Shown in pieces: positions 7,611-17,816 of a stretch of 64,000 bases of DNA (position 1 is the first letter of the stretch; each line of letters begins with the position of its first letter). Both the position numbers and the translations under genes were made by a program. The stretch covers positions 76,733 to 140,732 of the forward strand of contig CAMOSQ010000001.1 of the NCBI GenBank assembly GCA_946624985.1, written 5' to 3'. Under the pieces are notes generated by a model, which was given only the letters and a program-made list of their open reading frames with translations, was not told the DNA's origin and did no database searches. This DNA comes from an uncultured Bacillales bacterium. Lineage in GTDB: Bacteria > Bacillota_I > Bacilli_A > RF39 > UBA660.

Positions 7611-8915
7611 TTGACTCATGATATTAGTAATAAAGAATTTGAAATAAGAAATAACTATAATATTTCTTCTAATTCTGTTGTTTTAAATAATCCTATTAGT
7701 TATACAGATTATATATTTGAAAATCAAAATTTTAAGGAGTATGTTAAATATGCTTTTGTGATGAAGAGATATCAATCGTTAATAAATAGGGTTTATTCAT
7801 TATCTTTTATAGTTAGTATAATTATCGCTTTAATAGTTTATTTATTAACGAAAAAAATATTGATTTCAGTAATTTTATTATTTGCTTTAGGAATTCTTCT
7901 TTATATTCTTATAAAGAAGAATGATAAAGGTGAAACTTACGATAGTTTTTATAATAGAACTATTAGAATATTAGTATTTAATATTCTAAAAGATTATAGT
8001 GTTTCAATAAATGAACCATTATCATTGTCCACAGAGTATTTATCAAATGTTGTAAGAATTAAGTTTACTGAGTATAGTATTAGTAATGTAAAAAAATGTG
8101 CAAATAATATTAGTAATGGTGAAATATATAATCTGGTTTTAAAAAATAGAACGGAACATACAGATAAAGATGGAAATAAAAGAGAAAATGTATCTAATGT
8201 ATTTGATGGTTTTTCTTTAAATATTAATTATAATATAAATTTTGATTATCTTAAGGGCGCAATAATAGAAATAAGAGATGATGATAATTTATTATCGTCT
8301 ATTACTGAAGATACTGCTCAATCAATTTATCAAAGTGATAAGGAATTTATGTTTAATAGTGAATTGTTAAATAAAGCATTAGATTGTCATATTATGGGTG
8401 TTAATTCTTTTGGAGATATTGATGATTTAATGCGAAAAATTCATCTGGTTATTACTCCTGGTTTTGAAGATAGATTGATATTTTTAAAGGAAAGGTTTAA
8501 TTCGTTTAATTTAACAATTTCTGATAATAGAATTAATTTTACGGTTAATATGAATAAAAGTTTTTATCAAAAAGGTAAATCTGGAGAGTTGCTTGATTTT
8601 ACAAGTAAATATAGGGATAAAACTAAAAATGTTTCACTACCAAATCCACATATTAAAAATTATGAAGATTTTATGTATTATAATATTTTTCCTATAATTG
8701 AACAATTATATTATGTTAAGTATTTTGATTATATGATTAAATCGGTATTGAATATGTCATCAGATAGTGATGCAAATGCGTTAACTTATAATAAGAATAT
8801 AATTGAGCAATTTGAAAATGGAATATTACCTGTATCAAATATGGATTACAAAGAATTTAAAGAAAAATATAAAGAAGAAATTATGTTAGCTTATTCTGAT
8901 AGTAAAGAATTATAA
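7611..8915 (+). CDS. Membrane protein of unknown function (two TM helices plus a large soluble domain); start uncertain
   Basis: TM pair SLSFIVSIIIALIVYLLTKKILISVILLFALGILLYILI. The frame is open back to 7527 with GGAGG at 7516-7520, so the TTG at 7611 may not be the real start. It lies directly upstream of lemA. Confidence 0.45.
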   Translation: MTHDISNKEFEIRNNYNISSNSVVLNNPISYTDYIFENQNFKEYVKYAFVMKRYQSLINRVYSLSFIVSIIIALIVYLLTKKILISVILLFALGILLYILIKKNDKGETYDSFYNRTIRILVFNILKDYSVSINEPLSLSTEYLSNVVRIKFTEYSISNVKKCANNISNGEIYNLVLKNRTEHTDKDGNKRENVSNVFDGFSLNINYNINFDYLKGAIIEIRDDDNLLSSITEDTAQSIYQSDKEFMFNSELLNKALDCHIMGVNSFGDIDDLMRKIHLVITPGFEDRLIFLKERFNSFNLTISDNRINFTVNMNKSFYQKGKSGELLDFTSKYRDKTKNVSLPNPHIKNYEDFMYYNIFPIIEQLYYVKYFDYMIKSVLNMSSDSDANALTYNKNIIEQFENGILPVSNMDYKEFKEKYKEEIMLAYSDSKEL

Positions 8916-8934
8916 TTGGAAAGGATTAAGAAAT

Positions 8935-9549
8935 ATGAATCAAATTTTAGATTGGATGTTTGCACATCCATTAATAATAGTTGTGATTATTGTTTTCTTA
9001 TATGTTATGTTTACATATAATAATTTAAATGGTAAAAAGCAGAGAGTAGAAAAATCATTTAGCACTATTGATGTTTATTTACAAGCTAGATTTGATAAAT
9101 TAACTTCTCTTCTTGAACAAACTCTTGCAGCTTATGACCATGAAAGTGAAGTTTATAAAGAAGTATCTAGACTTAGAAGTGGAATTGTTAAAGCTAAGAC
9201 TGGAGATATTAATGATAAAGTTAATGCTGAAAATGAAATTAATGCTTTTATTTCAAATCCAATGATGAGAACAGAAGCATATCCAAATTTAGATAGTATT
9301 AGAACTCTTGCAATGAAAACTGCTGAGGAAACAGTTATTAGTGAAAATGATTTAATTAGTGCTAGAAAACAATATAATAGTAATGTTACTTCATATAATA
9401 CAAAAATTAAATCATTTCCTGCTATGTTAATTGCTGGAATTTTAGGATTTAATCAGCCGTTTGCTTTGTTTAAAGTTGAAGAACAAGCAAAAGTTAGACC
9501 TTCAATAAACACAATTAAAAATGCTAATCAAAATACAGATCAACAATAA
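8935..9549 (+). CDS. lemA: LemA family protein
   Basis: N-terminal TM helix, then YNNLNGKKQRVEKSFSTIDVYLQARFDKL...RTEAYPNL...ARKQYNSNVTSYNTKIKSFPAMLIAGILGF, the LemA signature. Confidence 0.85.
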   Translation: MNQILDWMFAHPLIIVVIIVFLYVMFTYNNLNGKKQRVEKSFSTIDVYLQARFDKLTSLLEQTLAAYDHESEVYKEVSRLRSGIVKAKTGDINDKVNAENEINAFISNPMMRTEAYPNLDSIRTLAMKTAEETVISENDLISARKQYNSNVTSYNTKIKSFPAMLIAGILGFNQPFALFKVEEQAKVRPSINTIKNANQNTDQQ

Positions 9550-9567
9550 TTGACAGTTATTTAATTT

Positions 9568-9590
9568 GAGCAATATTTGCTCTTTTTTTT
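9568..9590 (+). terminator. Rho-independent terminator
   Basis: GAGCA-ATATT-TGCTC followed by T8. Confidence 0.65.
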
Positions 9591-9636
9591 GTTGCCTAAA
9601 AAAATATTTTTCATAAAATACTTTGAGGAGGCTTTT

Positions 9637-11001
9637 ATGAATGATTATAAGATAGTTATTGATCCTGGTCATGGTGGTAGTGATCCTGGAGCAAGTGGAA
9701 ATGGGTTAGTTGAAAAAAATTTAACATTGAATATTTCTAGGTATATTTATAATAGATTACGTGAATTGGGTGTTCCTGTATCTATTACAAGAAATGATGA
9801 TAGCACTTTAAGTCCAACAGAAAGGGTTAATAAAATTCTAGGTTTTTATGGTTCTGATCCTAATGTTATTGTTATATCTAATCACATTAATGCAGGTGGT
9901 GGGGATGGTGCGGAAGTAATTTATGCTTTGAGAAATAGTAGTAGATTTGCTGATTTGATTGGTAATGAGTTGCAGAAAGAAGGCCAAAATTTTAGAAAAG
10001 CATATCAAAGAAGATTACCATCTAATAGTAGTAAAGATTATTATTTTATTCATAGAAATACTGGTAATACTGAACCTGTTATTATAGAATATGGATTTTT
10101 GGATAGTTCTAAAGATGATGTTAATCAATTAAAAAATAATTATGAGAATTTAGCGGAAGGTGTTGTTAGGGCTATTTTGGAATATATCGGATATGATTAT
10201 CAACCGTCTACTTCTGATCTATATGTGGTTAAAAAAGGTGATTCTTTATGGAGTATTGGTAAAAAATATGGATTAAGTGTTGATGAGATTAAAAGATTAA
10301 ATAGTTTAACTAGTAATATGCTTAGTATTGGTCAAACATTGAAATTGAGTGGTGATCCTATTACTAATAATGATATATATATTGTTAAGAATGGTGATAC
10401 TTTATATAGTATTGCTGCTAGATATGGAATTAGTGTTGATGACTTAAAAAATTATAATAATTTATCTAGTAATAGTTTAAGTGTGGGTCAGCAATTATAT
10501 ATACCTACAGGTCAGGATGCTTCTGATTTAATTGGCACTGATTATGATACATATGTTGTTCAACCTGGAGATAGTTTATTTAGTATTGCGAATACATATA
10601 ATACTAGTGTTTCTAATTTAAGAGATATTAATAATTTAACTAGTGATACTTTAGTTGTTGGACAACAGCTATTAGTTCCTATAAATGAGGATATTGTAGA
10701 TACGTCTATTACTAATTTTACTAATTATAGAGTTTTAACAGGTGATACTTTATATAGTATTGCTGCTCGTAGTGGTGTTACTGTTGATGAACTTAAAAGT
10801 ATTAATAATTTGACTAGTAATAATTTGAGTGTTGGTCAGGTACTTAAGATTCCAGTTAGAGAAACAACTGTTTATACTGTAAAAAGAGGAGATACATTGT
10901 ATAGTATAGCTAGAGAGTATAATACAAGTATTGATGAAATAATGAAGAAAAATAATTTAACAAGTAATTTATTATCTATTGGCCAACAAATTATTTTGTA
11001 G
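9637..11001 (+). CDS. N-acetylmuramoyl-L-alanine amidase (Amidase_3) with five LysM repeats
   Basis: IVIDPGHGGSDPGA...SNHINAGGG...GFLDS defines the catalytic domain. Five Y.V..GDTLYSIA..Y..S...L...N.L.S..L..GQ.L repeats follow. ATG at 9637 has GAGGAGG upstream. Confidence 0.9.
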   Translation: MNDYKIVIDPGHGGSDPGASGNGLVEKNLTLNISRYIYNRLRELGVPVSITRNDDSTLSPTERVNKILGFYGSDPNVIVISNHINAGGGDGAEVIYALRNSSRFADLIGNELQKEGQNFRKAYQRRLPSNSSKDYYFIHRNTGNTEPVIIEYGFLDSSKDDVNQLKNNYENLAEGVVRAILEYIGYDYQPSTSDLYVVKKGDSLWSIGKKYGLSVDEIKRLNSLTSNMLSIGQTLKLSGDPITNNDIYIVKNGDTLYSIAARYGISVDDLKNYNNLSSNSLSVGQQLYIPTGQDASDLIGTDYDTYVVQPGDSLFSIANTYNTSVSNLRDINNLTSDTLVVGQQLLVPINEDIVDTSITNFTNYRVLTGDTLYSIAARSGVTVDELKSINNLTSNNLSVGQVLKIPVRETTVYTVKRGDTLYSIAREYNTSIDEIMKKNNLTSNLLSIGQQIIL

Positions 11002-11020
11002 TAAAAAAAATAAGATTTAC

Positions 11021-12205
11021 TTATTTTTTTCTTTTTGGCTTTATTAAATATATAAAAATAATTGATACTATAGTTATTATTATTATGTAATGTTTTTTTA
11101 GAAGTTTAATTAGATCTAAATCAATTTTTTTATCTAATATTACATTTTGTTCATATAGAAGTTCATCTTCATAGTAGTATTTAATAGTTCCTATTTTTTC
11201 TTCTTTATAATTTCTAAAATTTAATTCTGTTAATCCTTCATATTCTATTTTTAGATTATTAATATCATAGTCACTTGGAAGATATTTTTCAATCTTTTTA
11301 TCGGAATATATTTGATATTCTTCTATTTTGCTTAGTGTTACTGGTATTGTTTTGATTAGTGTATGATTTTCTATTAAGGTTTCATTTTTGTAGTTTTGGT
11401 TCATAAAGTCTATTAATGTAATTGTATCTTCTACATTATAGTATTTTTCATTTTTGTTTTCTGCATTTAAAACAATTGTTATTATTTCGTGTCCATTTAC
11501 ATTTGATAGTGATGCTAGACAATATCCGGCATTTTCTGTGAATCCAGATTTGCTTCCAAGTATTTTTTCTAGTGCGGAATTACTTGCGTTATATTTATAT
11601 AGTGTAGATTTAACTGTTGATCCATTTGTCATTTTATATTGTTTTGTTGTGTATATTTCTTTAAATATTGGATTTTTTAGTGAATATTGTAGTAATTTTC
11701 TTACATCATCGGCTGTTGAATAGTGATTTTCAGCATCTAGTCCTGTTACGTTTATAAAATTTGTATTTGTAAGTCCTATTGTTTTTATTAATTCATTCAT
11801 TTTATTTACAAAGTTTTCTATGCTACCGCTACTTAGTATTGCGATTGAGTTTGTTGCATCTGCACCGCTTGGAAGCATTGATGCATATAGTAAATCTTTA
11901 TATGTTAATTTGTCCCCAGGCTTTAGGTTTGCTACACTTGCATCTTTGCTTACTGTATTTAATATTGCTTGTGTTATTGTTACCTGTTCGTCAATATTAT
12001 CTATATTTTCTATTGCTGTTATTGTTGTTGCTATTTTTGTTAAAGATGCAATTGATGTTTTTTCTGCTCCTCCTATTTCATATAGTATTTTATTATCATT
12101 TAAATCATATATTTCAACTGTTTTTGAATTTAATTTTGGATATTCTAATGAATGAATTGATATTGGAATTATTAGACATATTAGTATTAGTATTATTTTT
12201 CTCAT
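11021..12205 (-). CDS. Serine-type D-Ala-D-Ala carboxypeptidase (peptidase S11 / PBP5-like) with a C-terminal membrane anchor
   Basis: Signal peptide, SIASLTK (SxxK), an LPSGAD (SxN-like) motif, KSGFT (KTG-like), and a C-terminal TM helix IIIITIVSIIFIYLI. Confidence 0.8.
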   Translation of the reverse strand: MRKIILILICLIIPISIHSLEYPKLNSKTVEIYDLNDNKILYEIGGAEKTSIASLTKIATTITAIENIDNIDEQVTITQAILNTVSKDASVANLKPGDKLTYKDLLYASMLPSGADATNSIAILSSGSIENFVNKMNELIKTIGLTNTNFINVTGLDAENHYSTADDVRKLLQYSLKNPIFKEIYTTKQYKMTNGSTVKSTLYKYNASNSALEKILGSKSGFTENAGYCLASLSNVNGHEIITIVLNAENKNEKYYNVEDTITLIDFMNQNYKNETLIENHTLIKTIPVTLSKIEEYQIYSDKKIEKYLPSDYDINNLKIEYEGLTELNFRNYKEEKIGTIKYYYEDELLYEQNVILDKKIDLDLIKLLKKHYIIIITIVSIIFIYLIKPKRKK

Positions 12206-12279
12206 ATTATATCATCTCTTTATAATTATATCATATTTATTTTATTTATTATTTATGGTTTTGTTTTTTTCATAAATTG

Positions 12280-12308
12280 TTGAATTTTTTTATTTGATAT
12301 GTTATAAT
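12280..12308 (+). promoter_or_regulatory. Sigma-70-type promoter for tRNA-Trp
   Basis: TTGAAT (12280-85), a 17-nt spacer, then TG-n-TATAAT (12300-08), about 18 nt before the tRNA 5' end. Confidence 0.6.
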
Positions 12309-12326
12309 TTATTTGCTTTTTGATTT

Positions 12327-12400
12327 AGGGGCGTAGTTAAATGGTATAATAATGGTCTCCAAAACCACTGTTGGGAGTTCGATTCTCTCCGCCCCTGCCA
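12327..12400 (+). tRNA. trnW: tRNA-Trp (anticodon CCA), CCA end encoded
   Basis: Manual fold: acceptor AGGGGCG/CGCCCCT, T-arm GGGAG-TTCGATT-CTCTC, anticodon loop CU-CCA-AA, discriminator G plus CCA. Confidence 0.9.
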
Positions 12401-12414
12401 TTTTTTTGTAAATT

Positions 12415-12442
12415 AAACACTATCTTAATCGTTAGTGTTTTT
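12415..12442 (+). terminator. Terminator hairpin after tRNA-Trp
   Basis: AAACACTA ... TAGTGTTT with a 10-nt loop and a short T tail. Confidence 0.5.
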
Positions 12443-12542
12443 ATGTTTAGTTTATTAAAATTTAATATGATATTATTGTTGCAAAAGATATTTTTAACTT
12501 TTCTAGTTTTTTTTTTTATTGTATAATATTTTTGGTGGTTTT

Positions 12543-13772
12543 ATGAAAATTATTATTGTTGGTTGTGGTGCCTCTGGTATAGTTGCTTCTATCTTTTCTA
12601 AAAGTACTGATAATGAAGTTATTGTTTTAGAGAAGAATAGTAAACCTATGAAGAAGTTGCTTCTTACTGGAAATGGAAAGTGTAATTATTTTAATGATGA
12701 TTTTAGTTTTGAACATTATTATTCTGATGATATTGATTTATTGAGTAAAGTTATTACTGATAGTAATATGTCGAAGATTTTAAGCTTTTTTGAAGGTATT
12801 GGTGTTGTACCTAGAATAAAAAATGGTTATTATTATCCATATTCTAATCAGGCATATAGTGTTTATAATTGTCTTTTAAAGGAAGCTACTCTTAGAGGTG
12901 TTGATATTTTATATGATACTACTGTTTTGAACATAGTTAGGAAAAATAATTCTTTTATTGTTTCTACTAATAATGGTGATTATGTTTGTGATAAGGTTGT
13001 TATTAGTACAGGTGGTAAGTCTTATTCTAAGACTGGTAGTAGTGGTGATGGTTATTTATTTGGTAGGTCTTTTGGACATCGTGTAAGTGTTGTTTATCCT
13101 GGATTGGTTCAACTTGTTTCTAGTGATAATTTTTTTAAGGATTTAAGTGGCGTTAGATGTGATGCTCGTGTTTCTTTATATAGTGATTCTTTTATTAAAA
13201 GCGAAGTAGGAGAGGTTCAGTTTACTGATTATGGTTTAAGTGGTATATGTATTTTTAATTTAAGTAATTATGTTGGTAAATTACTTGACTGTAATAAAAA
13301 GGTAAGTGTTAGGATTAATTTTTTTGATGGCTTTAATATTGATGATGTTTCATCTATGAATTTTTTTCTTGATTCATTTAATGATAAGGTATGTAGTAGA
13401 TCTATTACTGAATTATTGGAAGGTTTTTTGAATTATAAAACTGTTAATTTGATTTTAAAGCTATGTGGTATTGATTCTAATAGTTCATGGGATTGTTTGA
13501 GTTTAAAATTAAGAAATAAGTTGTGTAATTTTTTAGTTTCTTTTAATGTTAATATTGTTGGTACTAAAGGTTTTGATAATGCTCAGGTTAGTGTTGGTGG
13601 TATTTCTTTAAGTGATATTGATATTAATAGTTTTGAGTCTAAGATTGTTCCTGGTTTGTTTTTTACTGGTGAGGTTATGGATGTTACTGGTGATTGTGGT
13701 GGATATAATTTAGGTTTTGCATTTTTATCAGGAATGCTTGTTGGATTAAGTTTAGGTGGTAATAATGATTAG
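12543..13772 (+). CDS. NAD(P)/FAD-dependent oxidoreductase, HI0933/YhiN (BaiN-like) family
   Basis: MKIIIVGCGASGIVAS dinucleotide-binding motif, VLEKN, LLTGNGKCN, and C-terminal GEVMDVTGDCGGYNL, typical of the family. Confidence 0.8.
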   Translation: MKIIIVGCGASGIVASIFSKSTDNEVIVLEKNSKPMKKLLLTGNGKCNYFNDDFSFEHYYSDDIDLLSKVITDSNMSKILSFFEGIGVVPRIKNGYYYPYSNQAYSVYNCLLKEATLRGVDILYDTTVLNIVRKNNSFIVSTNNGDYVCDKVVISTGGKSYSKTGSSGDGYLFGRSFGHRVSVVYPGLVQLVSSDNFFKDLSGVRCDARVSLYSDSFIKSEVGEVQFTDYGLSGICIFNLSNYVGKLLDCNKKVSVRINFFDGFNIDDVSSMNFFLDSFNDKVCSRSITELLEGFLNYKTVNLILKLCGIDSNSSWDCLSLKLRNKLCNFLVSFNVNIVGTKGFDNAQVSVGGISLSDIDINSFESKIVPGLFFTGEVMDVTGDCGGYNLGFAFLSGMLVGLSLGGNND

Positions 13773-15333
13773 AGTTAGACAAATTAAAGTTGATGTTAGG
13801 AAAGATAGTCATGATGAATTGATTAATTCTTTGGTTAAAAAATTAAGAATTAATCGAAGTGAGATTATTGATTATAATATTGTTAAGAAAAGTATTGATG
13901 CTCGTCGTGGTAGTGTTTGTTTTATTTATGAGCTTGATGTTAATGTTTCTAATGAGTCTTTTATTAAATTTGGTGGTGATATTTTAAAATCTACTCTTGA
14001 AAAGTATAGTTTTGACTCATGTGGTGATACTAGTTTATCTAATAGACCTATTATTGTTGGTAGTGGTCCTTGTGGGTTGTTTTGTGCATATGAACTTGCT
14101 CTTAAGGGTTTTAAACCTATTGTTTTGGAGCGTGGAGAGGATATGGATAATAGGGTTAGGACTGTTTTAGATTTTTGGGATAATGGAAAGTTTTGTCCTA
14201 GTTCTAATGTTCAGTTTGGTGAAGGTGGAGCTGGTACTTTTTCTGATGGCAAGTTAAGTACTCAAATTAAGGATAAGAATAATCGAATTAAGGAAGTTTT
14301 AGATGTTTTTGTTTCAAATGGAGCACCTAGTGAGATTTTATATGATTTTATGCCTCATATTGGTACTGACAGGTTACGTGATGTTGTTAAAGGTATTAGA
14401 AATAAGATTATTTCTTTAGGCGGTGAGTTTAGATATAATTCTTGTTTAACTGATATTAATGTTTCTGATAATAAGGTTGTTAGTATTGTTGTAAATGATA
14501 GTGAGGTTATTCCTTGTGATGTTTTAGTTTTAGCTATTGGTCATAGTGCTCGTGATACTTTTAGAATGTTACATAGTAAAGGTATTAATATGTGTAATAA
14601 GCCGTTTGCTGTTGGGCTTCGTGTTATGCATTATCAAGATATGATTAGTTATAATCAATATGGAAATTTTTATAAGTATATGAGGCCTGCTAGTTATAAG
14701 CTTACGTATAATTGTAATGGTCGCGGTGTTTATTCTTTTTGTATGTGTCCTGGAGGCTATGTTGTCAATGCTTCTAGTGAAGATGGTCGTCTTGTTGTTA
14801 ATGGTATGAGTGATTATTCACGTGATAGTGGTATTGCTAATAGCGCTATTGTTGTAACTGTTAATGAGTCTGATTATGGTGATCATTTATTTGATGGGGT
14901 TAAATTTCAGGAAAAGTTGGAGGAATGTTCATATATGTTAGGAAATGGTTGTATTCCTGTTCAAAGATTTGGTGATTATGTAAATAATGTAAAATCTAAT
15001 AATTTTGGGAAAATATTACCAAAAATTAAAGGTAAATATACATTTTCTAATTTGAATATGTTGTTTGATAATGAAATTAATAGTTCTATTAAGGATGCGT
15101 TTTATTATTTTAATGGTAAGATTCACGGCTTTAGTGATGATGATTGTATTCTTGCTGGTGTTGAATCTCGTACTTCTTCTCCTGTTAAAATAATTCGTGA
15201 TGAAAATTTTGAGTCAAATATAAATGGAATATATCCTGCAGGTGAGGGTGCAGGGTATGCTGGTGGTATTGTTTCAGCAGCTGTTGATGGTATAAAGGTT
15301 TTTGAAAGTATTGCTTCTAAATACAAAAGTTAG
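13765..15333 (+). CDS. FAD-dependent dehydrogenase (COG2509-type)
   Basis: The MIRVRQIKVDV... N-domain is typical of the family. IIVGSGPCGLFCAYELA is a Rossmann motif. The C-terminus carries GIYPAGEGAGYAGGIVSAAVDG. ATG at 13765 has AGGTGG upstream. Confidence 0.7.
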   Translation: MIRVRQIKVDVRKDSHDELINSLVKKLRINRSEIIDYNIVKKSIDARRGSVCFIYELDVNVSNESFIKFGGDILKSTLEKYSFDSCGDTSLSNRPIIVGSGPCGLFCAYELALKGFKPIVLERGEDMDNRVRTVLDFWDNGKFCPSSNVQFGEGGAGTFSDGKLSTQIKDKNNRIKEVLDVFVSNGAPSEILYDFMPHIGTDRLRDVVKGIRNKIISLGGEFRYNSCLTDINVSDNKVVSIVVNDSEVIPCDVLVLAIGHSARDTFRMLHSKGINMCNKPFAVGLRVMHYQDMISYNQYGNFYKYMRPASYKLTYNCNGRGVYSFCMCPGGYVVNASSEDGRLVVNGMSDYSRDSGIANSAIVVTVNESDYGDHLFDGVKFQEKLEECSYMLGNGCIPVQRFGDYVNNVKSNNFGKILPKIKGKYTFSNLNMLFDNEINSSIKDAFYYFNGKIHGFSDDDCILAGVESRTSSPVKIIRDENFESNINGIYPAGEGAGYAGGIVSAAVDGIKVFESIASKYKS

Positions 15334-15385
15334 ATTTTAATTTTTGTATTTTTTGTGTTATAATTATCATGTTTGGAGTGATTTT

Positions 15386-15736
15386 ATGAATAAAAAGGTT
15401 TTGTTTATATGTTTTATTTTATTGTGTTTTTGTGGATGTGGCAATACTTCTTCGGTAGTTGATAATGATGAGGTTTCAAAGCCTATTAAGGTTGTTTCTA
15501 AAACTGGTGAGACTGTAGCAAATTGTGTTACTGATGAAAGTGAATTTTCTATTGTTTTTAAGGATGGCCAGGTAGTAAGATATTATGATTCAGTTGATGG
15601 TGAACTTGTTGGTGATGCTATTAATATTATTAATACTGAATATTTAGTTGGTGTTACTGAGGATGATAGGGCTATATCTATTATGAATAGTGTTATGACG
15701 GAATTAGGCGGATATTGTGAAAAAGAAAAAAAATAA
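15386..15736 (+). CDS. Small lipoprotein
   Basis: MNKKVLFICFILLCFCGCGN carries a lipobox. RBS is GGAGTG. Confidence 0.6.
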   Translation: MNKKVLFICFILLCFCGCGNTSSVVDNDEVSKPIKVVSKTGETVANCVTDESEFSIVFKDGQVVRYYDSVDGELVGDAINIINTEYLVGVTEDDRAISIMNSVMTELGGYCEKEKK

Positions 15737-17267
15737 GAGGGAAAAAAATGTTGTTATGCTAAAAACAAAGAATAAGTCAGAAAAATCAAATACTAAAGTT
15801 GATGATTCTTTAGAGAATGATTTATCTTTTAATGATGTTAAAGATAATGTTGATGCTTCTAATGATAAATTAATGAAAAAAATTCTTGTTTTTTTATTTA
15901 TTTTTGTTTGTGTTATAGGTTTATTATATTTTTTCTTTTTTAGAAGTGTTATTTCTTTTAAATATAGTGAAACTCATTTATCTGTTGATGTTTTGAGTGA
16001 ATTTTCTGTTCCTAGTGTTACTGCGTGTTATGGCAATAGATTTAAGTGTAAAAGTATAGATGTTATTGTTGATAGTAATGTTGATACTTCTAAGATAGGT
16101 AGTTATAGAATTGTTTATAGTGCGGAAAATGGTAACAAAAGTAGGAATTTTGTTTTGAATGTAGATGTTGTTGATCAAGAGGCTCCTATAATTGATGTTC
16201 TTGGTGATAGTTTGAGTGTATGTCCTAATGCAACTGATTATAATATTGATTTTAAAGCTTTTGATAATTATGATGGTGATCTTACTTCTAGTGTTTCAAA
16301 GGAAGTTGCTTTAAATGTTTTAACTTTAAGTGTAAGCGATTCTTCTGGTAATTCTGCTACTAAGGATATTAGTATTGTTCGCGAGGATTTAGAGGCTCCT
16401 GTTATTACAATTAATGGAAATGATCATGTTTATTTATCTATTGGTTCAAGTTATTCTGATAGTGGTGCGAGCGCAACTGATGTTTGTGATGGTGATTTAA
16501 CTTCTGATATTGATGTAAGTGGTTCTGTTGATACTAGTCGTGCTGGTAATTATTCTATAAATTATAGTGTAAGCGATTCTTCTGGTAATGTTTCAAATAT
16601 TACTCGTACTGTTTCTGTTTATGCACCTAATGGAAATGGTGATAAGATTGTTTATCTTACTTTTGATGATGGACCTAGCGCTTATACTGGTGAGCTTTTG
16701 GATGTATTGGCTAAATATAATGTGAAGGCTACATTTTTTGTTACTAATAGGGCTCCTTTGTATAATCATTTTATTAAGCGTGCATATGATGAAGGTCATA
16801 CTATTGCGCTTCATACTAGTAGTCATAATTATAGTTTGGTTTATTCTAGTGTTGATGCTTATTTTAATGATTTAAATGCTATTAATGAAACTGTTTTTAA
16901 TATAACTGGTAATTATTCTTATTTGATTCGTTTTCCAGGCGGTAGTTCTAATACTGTTAGTCGTAAGTATAGTGTTGGTATTATGTCTACTTTATCTCGT
17001 ATGGTTACTGAACGTGGGTATAAGTATTTTGATTGGAATGTTTCTTCTGGCGATGCTGATGGTAGTACTTATCCTTCTTCTGTTTATTATAATAATATTG
17101 TTAATGGCATAAGTAATAAGTCTATGAGTATAGTTTTACAGCATGATACTAATGTTAATAGTATTAGAGCTGTTGGTAGTGTTATTGAATATGGTTTGTC
17201 TCATGGTTATTCTTTTAAATCTCTTGATATTAATAGTCCTACTGTTCATCATGGCATAGCTAACTAG
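15717..17267 (+). CDS. Polysaccharide deacetylase (NodB domain) with N-terminal TM helix and Ig-like repeats; start uncertain
   Basis: VYLTFDDGPS, HTSSHNY, RFPGGS and LQHD are NodB motifs. Repeats of D..APVI......V..G..Y.D.GA.A.D..DGDLTS precede them. The TM helix is ILVFLFIFVCVIGLLYFFFF. Confidence 0.8.
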   Translation: MKKKKNKREKNVVMLKTKNKSEKSNTKVDDSLENDLSFNDVKDNVDASNDKLMKKILVFLFIFVCVIGLLYFFFFRSVISFKYSETHLSVDVLSEFSVPSVTACYGNRFKCKSIDVIVDSNVDTSKIGSYRIVYSAENGNKSRNFVLNVDVVDQEAPIIDVLGDSLSVCPNATDYNIDFKAFDNYDGDLTSSVSKEVALNVLTLSVSDSSGNSATKDISIVREDLEAPVITINGNDHVYLSIGSSYSDSGASATDVCDGDLTSDIDVSGSVDTSRAGNYSINYSVSDSSGNVSNITRTVSVYAPNGNGDKIVYLTFDDGPSAYTGELLDVLAKYNVKATFFVTNRAPLYNHFIKRAYDEGHTIALHTSSHNYSLVYSSVDAYFNDLNAINETVFNITGNYSYLIRFPGGSSNTVSRKYSVGIMSTLSRMVTERGYKYFDWNVSSGDADGSTYPSSVYYNNIVNGISNKSMSIVLQHDTNVNSIRAVGSVIEYGLSHGYSFKSLDINSPTVHHGIAN

Positions 17268-17289
17268 TGTAACTAGTTGGCTTTTTTTT
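17259..17289 (+). terminator. Rho-independent terminator
   Basis: GCTAACTAG-TGTAA-CTAGTTGGC followed by T8. Confidence 0.7.
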
Positions 17290-17310
17290 CATATATTAAT
17301 GTGAGGTGAT

Positions 17311-17748
17311 ATGATGTATCAAGTGTATAAGGTTTTGGATGGTGATACTTTTGATTCTTTGGCTTTAAATTTTAATGTAAGTAGTGATGAACTTGTGCGT
17401 ATTAATGGTTTTAGTGATTTTAATGTTGGTGATTTAATTGTGGTTCCTAATAATGGAATGTATTTTTCTTATACTGTTATGCCTGGTGATACTATGTATT
17501 CTATTGCGAATAAGTTTGGTCAAGATTTGAATGATTTATATTTAATTAATGGTATTAAAGAGGGAGATTATATTTATCCTAATCAAGAAATAATGATTCC
17601 TAACAGTAGTGTTTCTTTATATTTTACGCGTGAAGGTGATACTGTTTCTAGTGTTTCTGATTCTATTGGGGTGAGTGTTTCTGATATTATTGATAATAAT
17701 GATTTGGTTTTAATGCCGGAACAAATAATTGTTTATAGAAAGGGTTAA
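17311..17748 (+). CDS. Protein of three LysM repeats
   Basis: Three LysM-like units (YKVLDGDTFDSLA..., YTVMPGDTMYSIA..., YFTREGDTVSSVS...). Confidence 0.75.
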   Translation: MMYQVYKVLDGDTFDSLALNFNVSSDELVRINGFSDFNVGDLIVVPNNGMYFSYTVMPGDTMYSIANKFGQDLNDLYLINGIKEGDYIYPNQEIMIPNSSVSLYFTREGDTVSSVSDSIGVSVSDIIDNNDLVLMPEQIIVYRKG

Positions 17749-17816
17749 TTTTTTAAAATCTCTTTTTTTTTGTGTTTTATTGTTATATAATATTTATTGT
17801 AGATAGAGGTGTAATA

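Noticed and set aside
11454-12225. ORFs 11454-11723, 11779-12225 and 11820-12155 on the + strand, antisense to the DD-carboxypeptidase gene
   Set aside because: They are embedded antisense in a gene with clear SxxK/KTG motifs. Their products are Leu/Phe/Ile-rich, the typical shadow of an AT-rich gene. The same reasoning applies to 3972-4163, 4780-5016, 15123-15326, 15978-16178, 16593-16826, 19319-19561, 20022-20216, 27287-27490, 28268-28570, 28904-29164, 31370-31555, 34577-34762, 39425-39619, 40163-40585, 41473-41745, 43962-44165, 45217-45468, 50123-50369, 55264-55717, 61189-61443 and 62419-62955.
12327-12400. tRNA-Trp as evidence for Mollicute code 4, or as the attachment site of the integrase
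   Set aside because: The anticodon is CCA, not UCA. TGA clearly terminates genes (27040-27942, 52378-53520). The tRNA is 11 kb from the integrase with ordinary envelope genes in between, and I saw no repeat of its 3' end elsewhere in the window.
15717-15760. Lipoprotein (15386-15736) and deacetylase (15717-17267) as one frameshifted gene across the A8 tract at 15726-15733
   Set aside because: Each part has its own export/anchor signal (a lipobox and a TM helix respectively). A fusion would place the NodB domain on the wrong side of the membrane. These are more likely two genes whose junction happens to contain A-runs. The deacetylase start codon remains uncertain.
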